Shown here one piece after another: positions 36,811 to 50,100 of a stretch of 64,000 nt of DNA. The notes beneath the pieces were generated by a model, which was not told the origin of the DNA, ran no database searches, and saw only the letters and a list, made by a program, of their open reading frames with translations. Each line of letters starts with the position of its first letter. The stretch's first letter is position 1. Source of the stretch: Malacoraja senta (lineage: Eukaryota); contig CM075987.1 of the NCBI GenBank assembly GCA_038087875.1, positions 22,880,001 through 22,944,000 of the forward strand, in the 5' to 3' direction. The translations under genes were made by a program, and so were the position numbers.

Positions 36811-37187
36811 TTAGTGTGCTAGTGTGCAGGGATGGATGGTCGGCGGACTCGGTGGGCCGAAGAGCCTGTTTGCGCGCTGTATCTCTGCACTAAACTAAAC
36901 CATTGTAATTACAGCCTGAAACTACTTATTTGGCTCAACGGACTGTCTGCTGGAGGAACTCAGCGGGTCGGGCGATATTCTACCCACAGATGCTGCTCGA
37001 CACACAGATGCTGTTCCTCCAGGAGATTGTTTGTGGGCCCCAGTGTCCAGCATCTGCAGTCTCCTGTGTCTCCATTTTCACAACTTCTTTTGGCCTGTTC
37101 GAAAAGCTTCATGTCAAAAACAAATCCTATCCCCGCGCTGAATCTCGCAAGTGAGGAATGATTCTAACCGGTGTTCTTTCTTTCCAG

Positions 37188-37339
37188 TGGTGTTTAAGGA
37201 GGAGTTGCATGTCTCTCGGGGACCTGAAAATGATCGGGGCTGTCCATGGGGCCTGGTCAAGTTGGAGCCCATTCAGCGGCTGTTCGCGGAGTTGTGGGGG
37301 TGGGGTCACGTCGAGGCACAGATATTGCAACAATCCAAG
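37188..37339 (+). CDS. ADAMTS13: ADAMTS13 exon (human exon 10 equivalent): disintegrin end plus TSP1-1
   Basis: [10 protein letters not shown]...[31 protein letters not shown]; acceptor tttccag, donor gtgggt; 152 nt. Confidence 0.95.
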
Positions 37340-40300
37340 GTGGGTGGACAACCGCGAAGAGCAAATTATCTGAATGTAGGGTAGACAAAATTGCTGGAGA
37401 AACCCGCTGAGTTTCTCCAGCAATTTTGTCTACCTTCAATTCTCCAGCATCTGCAGTTCCTTCTTGAACATCTGAATGTAGGAGTGGAACTGAGGGAGCC
37501 AAACCTTGTCCTCCACTCACTTCAACCACGGTTGATCAGTGACCACTATCTTAACTCCATTTGCCTGCCCAGTTTCTTCCTTTTTAGAGATATAGCAAGG
37601 AAACAGGCCTTTCGGCCCACTGAGTCACCATTGGCCACCCATTCAAACTACTTCTATCTTATCCTACTATGTAGGAAGGAACTGCAGATGCTAGTTTTCG
37701 CCGAAAAATGGTCATCGTCTACTCCGCCATTCACTCATGTCTGACCTATCTTTCCTTCCAAACCCCATAGCCTTCTCCCCATAACCTCTGACACCTGTAC
37801 TCATCAAGAATCTACCTATATCTGCCTTAAAAATATCCACTGACTTGGCCTTTACAGCCTCCTGTGAATTCCACAGATTCACCACCCTCTGACGAATGGG
37901 GTTCTCCCTATCCATGGGACTCAGCACCACTCCGCCTTCGTTATTGAAGCATGCTGGGATCTTCCGCCCTCTTGAAAGATGTGATGATTCACACTGTGTT
38001 TGGATTTTTCTAGGCCTGGCTTTGGCGGCCGTAAGTGCGAGGGAACAGATCTGGAGGCAAAAATGTGTAACGCACAGGTAAGGGTGAGTGTGTGCGTCAG
38101 ATGAACCGGGAACACTCGATCTAGGGGAAGTGCACATCGGCAGTGAAGCAGCCCCATATTGTACAGGCACATTATACTAACATAGGCAGAGAATGGATGA
38201 AGGCATTTGGAGAGAGGTACAAGAGGCAATAGACAATAGACAATAGGTGCAGGAGCAGGCCATTCGGCCCTTCAAGCCAGAACGCCATTCACTGTGATCA
38301 CTGCCTATGAGGCCAATTCTGGAGTATGGTGTACAATTTTGGTTGCCAAATTATAGGAAAGATGTCAACAAAATAGAGAGAGTACAGAGGAGATTTACTA
38401 GAATGTTGCCTGGGTTTCAGCAACTAAGTTACTGAGAAAGGCTGAACAAGATAGGTCTTTATTCTTCGGAGCGCAGAAGGTTAAGGGGGGACTTGATAGA
38501 GGTCTTTAAAATTATGAGAGGGATAGACAGAGTTGACGTGGATAAGCTTTTTCCATTGAGAGTAGGGAAGATTCAAACAAGAGGACATGATTTGAGAATT
38601 ATGGGACAAAAGTTTAGGGGTAACATTAGGGGAACTTCTTTACTCAGAGTGGTAGCTGTGTGGAATGAGCTTCCAGTGGAAGTGGTGGAGGCAGGTTCGA
38701 TTTTTATCATTTAAAAATATATTGGATAGGTATATGGACGGGAAAGGAATGGAGGGTTATGGTCTGAGTGCAGGTGGATGGGACTAGGTGGGAGTAAGTG
38801 TTCGGCACGGACTAGAAGGGCCGAGATGGCCTGTTCCTGTGCAGTAATTGTTATATGGTTATATGTTATATGATCATGGCTGATCATCCACATTCAGTAC
38901 CCCGTTCCTGCCTTCTCACCATATCCCTTGATTCTGCTATCTTTAAGAGCTCTATCTAACTCTCTCTTGAAAGCATCCAGAGAATTGGCCTCCACTGCCT
39001 TCTGAGGCAGAGAATTCCACAGATTCACAACTCTCTGGGTGAAAAAGTGTTTCCTAATCTCCGTTCTAAATGGCCCACCCCTTATTCCTAAACTGTGGCC
39101 CCTGGGTCTGGACTCGCCCAACATCGGGAACATGTTTCCTGCGTGTCCAATCCCTTAATAATCTTATATGTTTCAATGAGATCCCCTCTCGTCCTTCTAA
39201 ACCCAGCCGCTCCACTCTATCAACATATGGCATGGCAGGCGTACGGGATTTAGTTTATGTACACTCCATCAGAAATTTGATGTTATTTGATTGGCGAGGG
39301 GAAGTTTTAATTGTAATGGAACCATTTAACACCCTTCAGGTAAATAACAAAGTTGAGCTGGACAAATCCCTCTCTCTGTGTGGAGTGGTTCCCAATCCTG
39401 AGCACGATGTAGGTGTTGAGGGGAAGAAGGAAGGGCAGAGATTTTTTTCCATCCAAATAGAAATAGTTAAGCATTGAGATCCCAGAAAGAATATTCCATG
39501 AAAATTCCATGTGCCATTATTCCACGAACACTGTTTCAAAAAGCTCAGAAGAGTGCAATCTGTAGCACCTTTCCCCATAGCCCTTAAAGCCCTGTCCCAC
39601 GGTACGAGTTCATTCTAAGAGTTCTCCCGAGTTTGCCCTGATTCGAACTCGGAGATTTACGGTAATGGCCGCTCGTCGGTACTCGGGGCTCTCGTGGACA
39701 TTTTTCAACATGTTGAAAAATCTTCACGCGTCTTCCCGTGCTTACCTGCCGTTAGCGAGTCTTCCCGAGTACCTGCTGTTAGCGTTATGAGCCGCTAAGA
39801 GACGTCCCCGAGCTCTGGCGTACCCGCTACGTTCATTCTCCGTGCTTACCACGAGGTCGATTTTTTAAAAACTCGGGAGAGCTCTTGGAATGAACTCGTA
39901 CCGTGGGACAGGGATAATAGTTTAGTTTAGTTTAAATTATTTTAGTTTAGTTTCGAGTTACAGCACACAAACAGGCCCTTCAGCCCATCGAGTCTGCGCC
40001 AACCAGCGATCACCCCATACATTAGCACCATCCAACTCATAAGGGACAATTTTATAATTTTTCACCAAATCCAATTAATCCTACTTACCAAATTAAAATA
40101 TTTACCAAAACCAATCAATGTCGGTCTTTGAGATGTGGGAGGAAACCGCAGCACCCGGAGAAAACCCACGCAGTCACAGGGAGAACATAAACGCCATACA
40201 GGCAGCACCTGTAGTCAGGGTTGAACCCCGGTCTGTGGCGCGGAAGGCAGCAACTCTACCGCTGCTCCACTGTACCCCCCCCCCTCACCTTGCCACAATG

Positions 40301-41068
40301 TCGTCAGCAATGCCAACGGCTGCAGTGTCTGTACCTAGATTTTGTCACCTGCTGTTTAAAAAAAAAATATTTTTGCTCTTTGTGCAGCTTTGCCAGGACA
40401 GTCAGCTGGACTTCATGGCTTTACAGTGTTCGGAGACCAATTCTCAGCCTCTCGAACTGACACCCAGGGTCCCAGCTTACTACAAGTGGCTGCCTGCTGT
40501 TGGTTACGCAAAAGGTAAAATATGATTGAACATAGAGCCTAGCTCCATGATAAATAGTTAGGGGTGGGGATTCAATGTGTGACAGCATAGAACACAGGTA
40601 ACCATTGTGTAGGAAGGAACTGCAGGTGCTGCTTTAAACCGAAGAGAGATAAAATCCTGGAGTAACCCAGCATGAATATCCACAAGGTACACAAAAATGA
40701 TGGAGAAACTCAGCGGGTGCAGCAGCATCTATGGAGCAAAGGAAATAGGCAACGTTTCGGGCCGAAACCCTTCTTCAGACACTTCTTAAACACACGAATA
40801 TCCACAATCCTGCCCTTCCCTCATTTTTCTCCTCAAAGTTATTACTCAATTTCCTTTCAAATTATATTTTTTAATCTACTTCCACCAACATTTAGGCATC
40901 AAAATAATTTGCTGTACTTAAACGGACTTTCTCTTCATCTCTGGTGCTGGTATACATTGCCTTTAATCCTATGCAGCAATCCAGTGTCCAGGTGTCTCCA
41001 GGTATCCCCACTCCCCCGCCCTCTCACACTCCCTCCAACTCTTCCTCAATGAGTACAAATGCACCCAG

Positions 41069-41100
<32 letters not shown>

Positions 41101-44100
41101 CCCTCACGCTCCTGTCAATACATTGATACCATATGATAGAACTTTATTTATCCCAGGAGGGAAATGGGTCTGTCATAAAACACAAAATACATGAAACATG
41201 AAATTAAAGTGACGAGTGGAAAGGATCCCTCTCTCTCCCTCTCCCTTTCTCTCTCCCTCTCTCTCCCTCTCTCTCCCTCTCTCTCCCTCCCTCTCCCTCT
41301 CTCTCCCTCTCTCTCTCTCTCCCTCTCTCCTTCCCTCTCCCTCTCTCCCCATCTCTCCCCTCTCTCCCCCTCTCTCCCTCTCTCTCTCCCTCTCTCTCCC
41401 TCTCTCTCCCTCTTCCTCTCTCTCCCTCTCTCCCCCCTCTCTCCCCCTCTCTCTCCCTCTCTCTCCCTCTCTCGTTCCCTCTCCCCACCCATCACATCTA
41501 CTCCGCCACTCAATCAATCTTTCCCTCTCAGCCCCATTCTCCTGCCTTCTCCCCATGACCCTTACTAATCAAGAACTTATCAATCTCCACCTTAAAAATA
41601 TCCATTGACTTGGCCTCCACAACCCTCTGTGGCGATGAATTCCACAAAGTCACCACCCTCTAACTAAATAAATTACTCCTCATCTCCTTCCTAAAGGTAA
41701 GTTCTTTTATTCTGAGGCTGTGACCTCTGGTCCTAGACTCTCCCACTAGTGGAAACATCCTCTCCACATCCACTCTATCCAGGCCTTTCAATATGAGGGA
41801 AGTTTCAATGTCCCCGTCCCCCATCCTTCTAAACTCCAGCAAGTAAAGGCCCAGTGCCTTCATATGTTAACCCGATCATCCCTGGGATTGGTGCCAGTGT
41901 ATGGTCTGAGTGCCCTGCAGTAATGCTGTGCCTTTGCCCATTGCCAGGGAGTGTGCTGTGTAAGTACATGTGTCGTGTGGAGGGGATGAGCTTCATGTTG
42001 CGTCGGGGGGACAGTTTTGTGGATGGAACCAGATGTGAGTCGAGTAACTTGGAGACAACGTCGCTGCACAATCTGTGTGTTAAAGGAAATTGCAGGGTAA
42101 TGATCACGCACCCCTCTTCCCCCATCTACTGTCACCAGGCTCCCGATGATGGATACTCGCGTCCACTGGCCCTCACACCACCGTCTGTCCTCATTCACTG
42201 TCGACCCAACCCCTCCCTTCACCTTCCCCTCAATCCCAGTGCTTCCACTCTTCACTGCCTCCCCCTTTGGGTATTCCAGATGTTCCTAACCCCCTCCTTC
42301 CACGGACACCCAACTCCGCACTCCATTCTTCTTCTTCTTTCGTGTGGCGTGCTCAGCCTAAAGTTGTTGGACAACTTGTTCTATTTGATCTTCTGTTTGT
42401 GCACGTCGAGTTGATTGCATTAGTCGAAGCAGGGCGGACCACATGAAGGTTGCAATCTTCCACCCCCCCCCCCCCCACCCGCTCTCCCTCATCCTCATAG
42501 ACTCTCACTCCCCTGACCCACCCGGTCCTGTCACCCCACTGCCTCACCCTGCACATCCCCTCAGCCCCCCCTGTCTCTCACCTCCCCCACCTTCCCTCAG
42601 CCCCCCTCACCCACCCACTGTCATTCACCCCCCCTCCCCCCCAAACCTCCCCCATCCCACAAGGGCCTGTCCCACTATGGCCAGTTTATTTGCGAGTTTA
42701 GGAGAGTGTCATGGTCGTGTTGTATCGCCGAAAATTTGGCATCCTTCGACTAAGTAGAACACCTCCTACGACTTCCTTCGACTATGTAGAGAACCTCCTA
42801 CGAATATGTAGACGACCTCCTTCGACTAAGTCGAAGACTAGCTTCGACCAGCTTTGATTTAATCGCCGATGCTCTCGGGAAAATTGGACTCGACTACCTT
42901 CGATTACCTTCGATTACCTTTGATTACCTCCAATAACCTTCGATTACCTCCGATTACCTTCGATTACCTTTGATTACCTCCAATAACCTTCGATTACCTC
43001 CGATTACCTCCGATTACCTCCGATTACCTTCGATTACCTCCGATAACCTTCGATTACCTACGATAACATGCCGACCTACTACGACCTACTTCGACTAAAC
43101 CTACGAGTAAAAAAGTATAGTTTTTTCCATGCCGACCAATTTTTACTCGCAGAAAGTTTTTCAGCCTGCTGAAACATTTTCCTCGACCAAACTGAGGCCG
43201 CGAGTAGTAACCACTATGCAGGAACCCCTCTAGACCACGAAGGAGACTTACCAGTGACCACCTACGACCACGTGTCGACCATGCTGCGAGCTTGTAGCGA
43301 GTGCAAACTCTCCTAAACTCGCAGATAAACTCGCCATAGTGGGACAGGCCCTTTACTCTCCCTCGCTCTCCCTCGCTCTCCCCTCGCTCTCCTTCACTCT
43401 CTGTGTAATTTACCCAATTGTCCTCAGTCTTATTTTGCTGATCGAGGGCAGTTTTTTTCCTGTGTTGTTGGTTTTGTTTTGCTCGTAGGTGTTCGGCTGC
43501 GATGGAAGGATGGACTCTGGCCAGATGTGGGACAGCTGCAGGGTTTGTGGTGGCGACAACTCCAGATGCCAGAAGACGGTTGGCTCCTACACGGAGGGCA
43601 CTGTCCAGGGTAACTCGGACTTGCGGAGGAAGCTTCGTGGCACCTGTTAAAGCTGCGGAATACTGCTGTTTCCTCATTAGATTGGAAGCTCCACAGATAC
43701 TCATCAGAGCCCAAGGCCTTGCGTTCATCCCTTGGACAATGCTATGTCCACATGAGTTAGTTTAGACTTTAGAGATATAGCGTGGAAACAGGCCCTTCGG
43801 CCGACCGAGTCCGTTCCGACCATAATCAGTACACTAACACTATCCGACACACACACTCGGGACAATTTACAATTTTACCAAAGCCAATTAATCTACAAAC
43901 CTGTACGTCTTTGGGGTGTGGGAGGAATCCGGAGCACGCGGTCACAGGGAGAACGTACAGACTCCGTACAGACAGCACTCGTAGTCTGGTTCGAACCAGG
44001 GTGTCTGGCGCTGTGAGGCAGATACTCTACCGCTGCGCCGCCATGCTGCCCTTAACTTAGTCTAGTTTAGTTTACTTTACTGTCACGTGTACCGAGGTAA

Positions 44101-47100
44101 CAGTGAAAAGCTTTTGTTGCGTGCTAACCAGCCAGCGGAAAGACAATACATGATTACAATCGAGCCATTCGCAGTGTACAGATACATGATAAAGGGAATG
44201 ACATGAATAACGTTTAGCGTAAGATGAAGTCAGTAAAGTTCAATCAAAGATAGTCGATAGCAGTGCAGGATTGCTCTCTAGTTGTGGTAGGATGGTTCAG
44301 TTGCCTGATAACAGCTGGGAAGAAACTGTCCCTGAATCTGGAGGTGTGTGTTTTCACACTTCTACACCTGATGGGATTGCCCGATGGGAGAGGGAGAAGA
44401 GGTAGAATGGCCAAGGTGCGACTCGTCCTTGATAATGTTGATGGCCTTGCTGAGGCAGTGTGAGGTGTAAAAGGAGTCAATGGGATGGATGTTGGGTTTT
44501 AATTTAGTTTAGTTTAGAGATACAGCGTGGAAACAGGCCCTTCGGCCCACCGGGTCTGTGCCGACCAGCGATCCCCTCATATTAACACTATCCTACACAC
44601 CACCAGGGACAATTTTTACATTTACACCAAGCCAATTAACCTACAAACCTGTACGTCTTTGGAGTGTGGGAGGAAACCGGAGATCTCAGAGAAAACCCAC
44701 GCAGGTCACGTGGAGAACGTACAATCCCCGTAGTCGGGATCGAACCCGGGTCTCTGGCGCTGCAAGCGCTGTAAGGCAACAACTCTACCGCTGCGCCACC
44801 GTGCCGTCCTTAGTTATGGTCTGGGCGGTGTCCACAAAGCTGCGTAATTTCTCGCGGTCTTGGAATGGGGCTGTTCCCAAACCGTGCTGTGATGCATCCC
44901 GAGGGAACCAAACCTCGAGGGCAGCTGACCATCCAGTGATGGGGGCCAACAATCCCTCCCTCATCCAACCCAATCCTTACGGCACAGAGCATACAGACAG
45001 GGATTGCAACAGGAATCAATCGGTGGCAAGCACGAGCAGGAAGACAACAGATGTAGGTCACCAAGCCCCTTGAGTCTGTGTTCAGTTCGTTTACGGCTGA
45101 TTTATTTCCCTTTGCCAAGTAACGGCAGCGTGGTGATTAAGTCGTGGGCTGATATGCGGGGACGTGCACTATTAATCTGCAGGCACATGTTCAGCAGCAG
45201 AGAGAGAATTTAAGATCACATTAATAAATCAGGAAGAAAAAAATAGGCACGGTGTTGCTGACTGAGAAAGTCTCGGCTCGCTAGGCAGCGCTTCTCTTGT
45301 TCACTGAGGTCGTCCAGGTGAAGGAAGTCTGTGCACTCACCACCGTCTGGTCTCTCTACGCACCAGGCATTGGGCCTCCAGTGTCACTCCACCCTCGCCA
45401 ACATCCCTCATCTACACACACCCTCGCTCATCCCTCCGCCCCTCTGCACCCTCCCTCATCCTTGTAGTTCCTCCCTCATCCCTCCCCTCTCTCCATCCCT
45501 CCACTCTCCCTCATCCCTCTACCTCCGCCACCCTCCCCACTTATCCCTCCACCCCTCTCACCACCCCTTCTCATCCCTCCACTCTCTCTCATTCCTTCAC
45601 CCCCCCCTCCACCCTACAAGACCTCAATGGGTTTAGTGTGTGGGTCAGTGTGGCATGGGTTAGTGTGGGTCAGTGTGGGATGGGTTTAGTGTGGGTCAGT
45701 GTGGGATGGGTTTAGTGTGGGTCAGTGTGGGATGGGTTTAGTGTGTGGGTCAGTGTGGATGGGTTTAGTGTGTGGGTCAGTATGGGATGGGTTTAGAGTG
45801 TGGGTCAGTGTGGGATGGGTTTAGTGTGGGTCAGTGTGGGATGGGTTTAGTGTGTGGGTCAGTATGGGATGGGTTTAGTGTGGGTCAGTGTGGGATGGGT
45901 TTAGTGTGGGTCAGTGTGGGATGGGTTTAGTGTGGGTCAGTGTGGGATGGGTTTAGTGTGTGGGTCAGTGTGGGATGGGTTTAGTGTGCGGGTCAGTGTG
46001 GGATGGGTTAGTGTGGGTCAGTGTGGGATGGGTTTAGTGTGGGTCAGTGTGGGATGGGTTTAGTGTGGGTCAGTGTGGGATGGGTTTAGTGTGTGGGTCA
46101 GTGTGGGATGGGTTTAGTGTGTGGGTCAGTGTGGGATGGGTTTAGTTGAAGTCGAGTGGGGTTGTGCTGAGCACAGAATGGAGTTATGGTTAAACTAGCT
46201 TGACTGGTCTAAGAGTGGGATGGAGTAGATGTTCAGATGGGTTGTAGTTGGAGCTGGCCATGAGTTGATGTTGACTTATGGTTCCAGTTGGAGCAGTGAT
46301 TTCACTTGCATTAGGGCCGACGCTATGATTTGTTCAGTGTTGGTGTTGGATTGTAGTTGGAACTATGATTTATATCTGGACTTGGGTTCCTCTCAGACTG
46401 CAGTTGGATTGAGTGAGGTTTGTAATCGGGTTGACCTTGTCGTGGTGAAGAGGCTTGCGTGTCCCCATGATTCCGAGATCGATGCCGTCGGAAGCACCAG
46501 CTTCTGGTAGGGTCACCCATGGCGGTAAGGTCGAGGATGAGGGTCCAGACTAAGAACGATCCAACCTACAAAGACCTCAACGGCGGACAAAGTTATCTTG
46601 AACACAACGGCTGTGAAGGCGGATGAAGGCTGCGACAGATCCGTCAGCTCCAATCGTCTTGGTTCCCTTGCCATTGGAATGAGTTGATTGATTTGTGACG
46701 GACCGCGTGCTTCTTGGAGTGCAACATCAAGTACACGTTAAACACACACACGCACCTGGGGCCTCTTCGTTCTGTGAGCTGCAAAGCCAGGATTGGACTC
46801 ATAAGCCACCTGAGAGTCCGTAAAAACAACAGAACGTAGACCATCATCCCTCCACCTCGAGGGATCGCCACGACGATCCCCCTTCCACAGTCCCTCATCC
46901 CTACCACTCCCTCCACCCTCTCGCGTCTCTGCCACCGCCTCCACCCTCCCTCTTGAGCTGATTCAATCCTCTTTGTATCTTGCACGTTACAGAAATGCCA
47001 CCTTTACTGAGCGCCCGTGAGCTCTTCTAATTGAAGCAAAGTTTGCTGGCTCTCCAGTTTGTGGGCATCGCTGCACGCAACAGTGCGCAGCTGATAATTA

Positions 47101-50100
47101 ATTTACTTTTGATTTGCAGAGTATGTCACTTTCCTGACGATCCCACCACATTCCACCAATGTCCGCGTTTCCAACGCCCAGGCTGTATTCTCTCATCTAG
47201 GTAAGTTATTGATGAAAGGTTTCAGTCATGTTATTGAATGGCCTTCATCAGTCAGGGGATTGGGTATAGACGGTAGATACAAAATGCTGGAGAAACTCAG
47301 CGGGTGAGGCAGCATCTATGGAGAGAAGGAATAGGCGACGTTTCGACCCGAAACGTCGCCTATTCCTTCTCTCCATAGATGCCGCCTCACCCGCTGAGTT
47401 TCTCCAGCATTTTGTATCAACCTTCGATTTTACCAGCATCTGCAGTTCTTTCTTAAACAAAATATTGAGTATAGAAGTTGGGGCATTATGTTTCATCGTA
47501 CAAAATGCTGGTGAGGCCACACTTGTGGAGTATTGTGTTCAGCTGTGGTCACCCTGGAGATAGTATGGATGTCATTGAGCTAGCAAGAGTGCTGAGAAAG
47601 TTTACACGGATGTTGCCAGGAATTGAGGGTCTGAGCTACAGAGAAAGGTTGGTTTCAGGCCAGGACCTTATTCCTTGGAGCGCAGGAGGCTGAGGGGTGA
47701 CCTCAGAGAGGAGTATAAAATCACGAGGGGAATAGATAGAGTGAATGCATAGTCTTTTACCAAAAGTCTTTTATCAAAAACCAAATGACATAGGTTTAGG
47801 GTGAGGTGGCAAGAATTATTATGAAGCTGAGGGGCAACCTTTTCACTCAGAGAGGGGTGGGGGGGTGGGAGATTGCAACCTTCACGTGGTCTACCCTGTT
47901 TCAACGAATGCAATCAACCTGGCGTGCACAAACAGAAGATCAAACAGAACAAGTCGTCTTGCAACTTTAGGCTGTGCACGCCATACGCAAGAAGAAGAAG
48001 AGAGGGGTGGGTGTATGGAATTAATGCTGGCTTTGCTAATGTGGCCTTGCCCACGTCCTGTTATTAAGTACGTTTTCAAAAAGGACCTCCATTTTATCCT
48101 CTTTTTTAAAATTCAGAGACCAGGGCCGTAATCTGTCCTGGGCTGTGTTTGAGAACAGAGGAGGAACATAACCGACTGGTTATGTTATTCCCATACAAGT
48201 TTTAATGTTGCAATGGCAAACCTGCTTACGTAAAGGAGATATAGCAAGCTTGGAGTGTAGCTTTTGCGAATTGGAGATAGACACAAAGTGCCTGGGTAAC
48301 TCAGCGGGTCAGGCAGTGTCTCTGGAGAAAAAGGGATGGGTGGCGTTTCGGGTCGGGACCTTTCTTCAGACACGAATTGGAATCTTATTGGATCAGAATA
48401 GGTGGGAAAGGAAGTGGACAAATCTTCCATCTCCACTATCTCCGTGACCTTCTCCTGCTGTTCAACCTCTCCTCCAGAACCCACTTTTATCAACTGAGTT
48501 TAAAACTCTCTCCGTCTCTCTGAAACTATACACAGCTCTTTCTTTTAAGATGCTTTTTGAAACGGTTGTTTCTTTCACCAAGATTTTAGGCCCAATGTTT
48601 TTATTACATCATCCAGTGTCAAAAAATTGCATTTCCATGTAGTTGGGTTTCAGTGTCATAATTCAGTGACAGTTTAGTTTATTGTCACGTGTGTCGAGGT
48701 ACAGTGAATAGCTTTTGTTAGCTGTGCTAACCAGTCAGCGGAAAGGCCCAACATGATTACAATCGAGCCGTTTACAGTGTACAGATACATGATAAGGGAA
48801 TACCGGAGAAACTCAGCGGGTGAGGCAGCATCTATGGAGCGAAGGAATAAAATCGAAGGTAGACAAAAATGCTGGAGAAACTCAGCGGGTGAGGCAGCAT
48901 CTATGGAGCGAAGGAATAAAATTCCTTCGCTCCACAGATGCTGCCTCACCCGCTGAGTTTCTCCAGCATTTTTTGTCTACCTTCGATTTCTCCAACATCT
49001 GCAGTTCTTTCTTAAACATGATAAGGGAATAACGTTTAGTGCAAGGCAAGTGTTTATATAAATGGAAGTTTTTATTGCAGGGGTGAAGGTTAACGGGCAG
49101 TATGTTGTTGCTGGTGCCAAGAAGCTTTCGCTCAACACATCATATCCCAGCAACCTGGAGGACAATAGAGTTGTGTACAGGTTGTATCTGACCCAGCAGA
49201 ACTTGCCGGCCTCTGAGGAGATCATCATCAATGGACCCACACGTGAAGCCATTGAAGTACAGGTGAGGCTGGGGAGAAAATAACTTCATTCGGAAATGTC
49301 TCCCAATGCTTTATGGGAATATGGGAATATGGAAATGCACAACACAGCTTCTGCAGTTCTGCGCCTTCATCCCACTCATTGAATTACTCCAGCAATTTGT
49401 GCTTTGATCAAGATTACAACAACTGCAGTTCCTTCGAAGATAGACACAAAATGCTGGAGTAACTCAGCAGGACAGGCAGCATTTCTGGAGAGAAGGAATG
49501 GGTGACGTTTCGGGTCGAGACCCTTCTCCGGTTCATTGTTTGGTTTAGTTTAGAGATACAGCGCGGAAACAGGCCCTATGGACCAGAGGGTCCGTGCCGA
49601 CCAGCGTTGCCCGCACTCTAACACCATCCTACTACACACACTAGGAGCAATTTACAATTTTACCGAAGCCAATTAGCGTACTATCTTCGAAGGAACTGCA
49701 GATGTTGGAATCTTGATCAAAGCACAAAGTGCTGGAGTAATTCAGCGAGTGGGATGAAGGCACAGAACTGCAGAACTGTAAGCCTTTGGAGTGTGGGAAG
49801 AAACCGGAGCTCCCGGAGAAAACCCACGCAGGTCACAGGGAGAACGTACAAACTTCGTACAGACAGGACCCATAGTCAGGATCGAACCCGGGTCTCTGGC
49901 GGTGTAAGGCAGCAACGCCATTTTTTCGCCACAGTTCCTTGTGTCATCATTTATTTTCATAGTTCAAATTAGGATGGGGGCTGTCCATATATTGTGTAGA
50001 AGGTGTGGTGTCAAATAAAGCCTCCCTAATTATGTATTGTGGACAGTTTTTAAATTATAATTGTATTATAATTTACAGTGGTGAGCCTGACCAAGGAAGG

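Noticed and set aside
41148..41608. Arg/Glu/Gly- and Ser/Leu/Pro-rich ORFs
   Set aside because: They are translations of the CT microsatellite.
45628..46145. Interstitial telomeric repeat
   Set aside because: There is no tandem TTAGGG; the unit is a 26/28-bp minisatellite.
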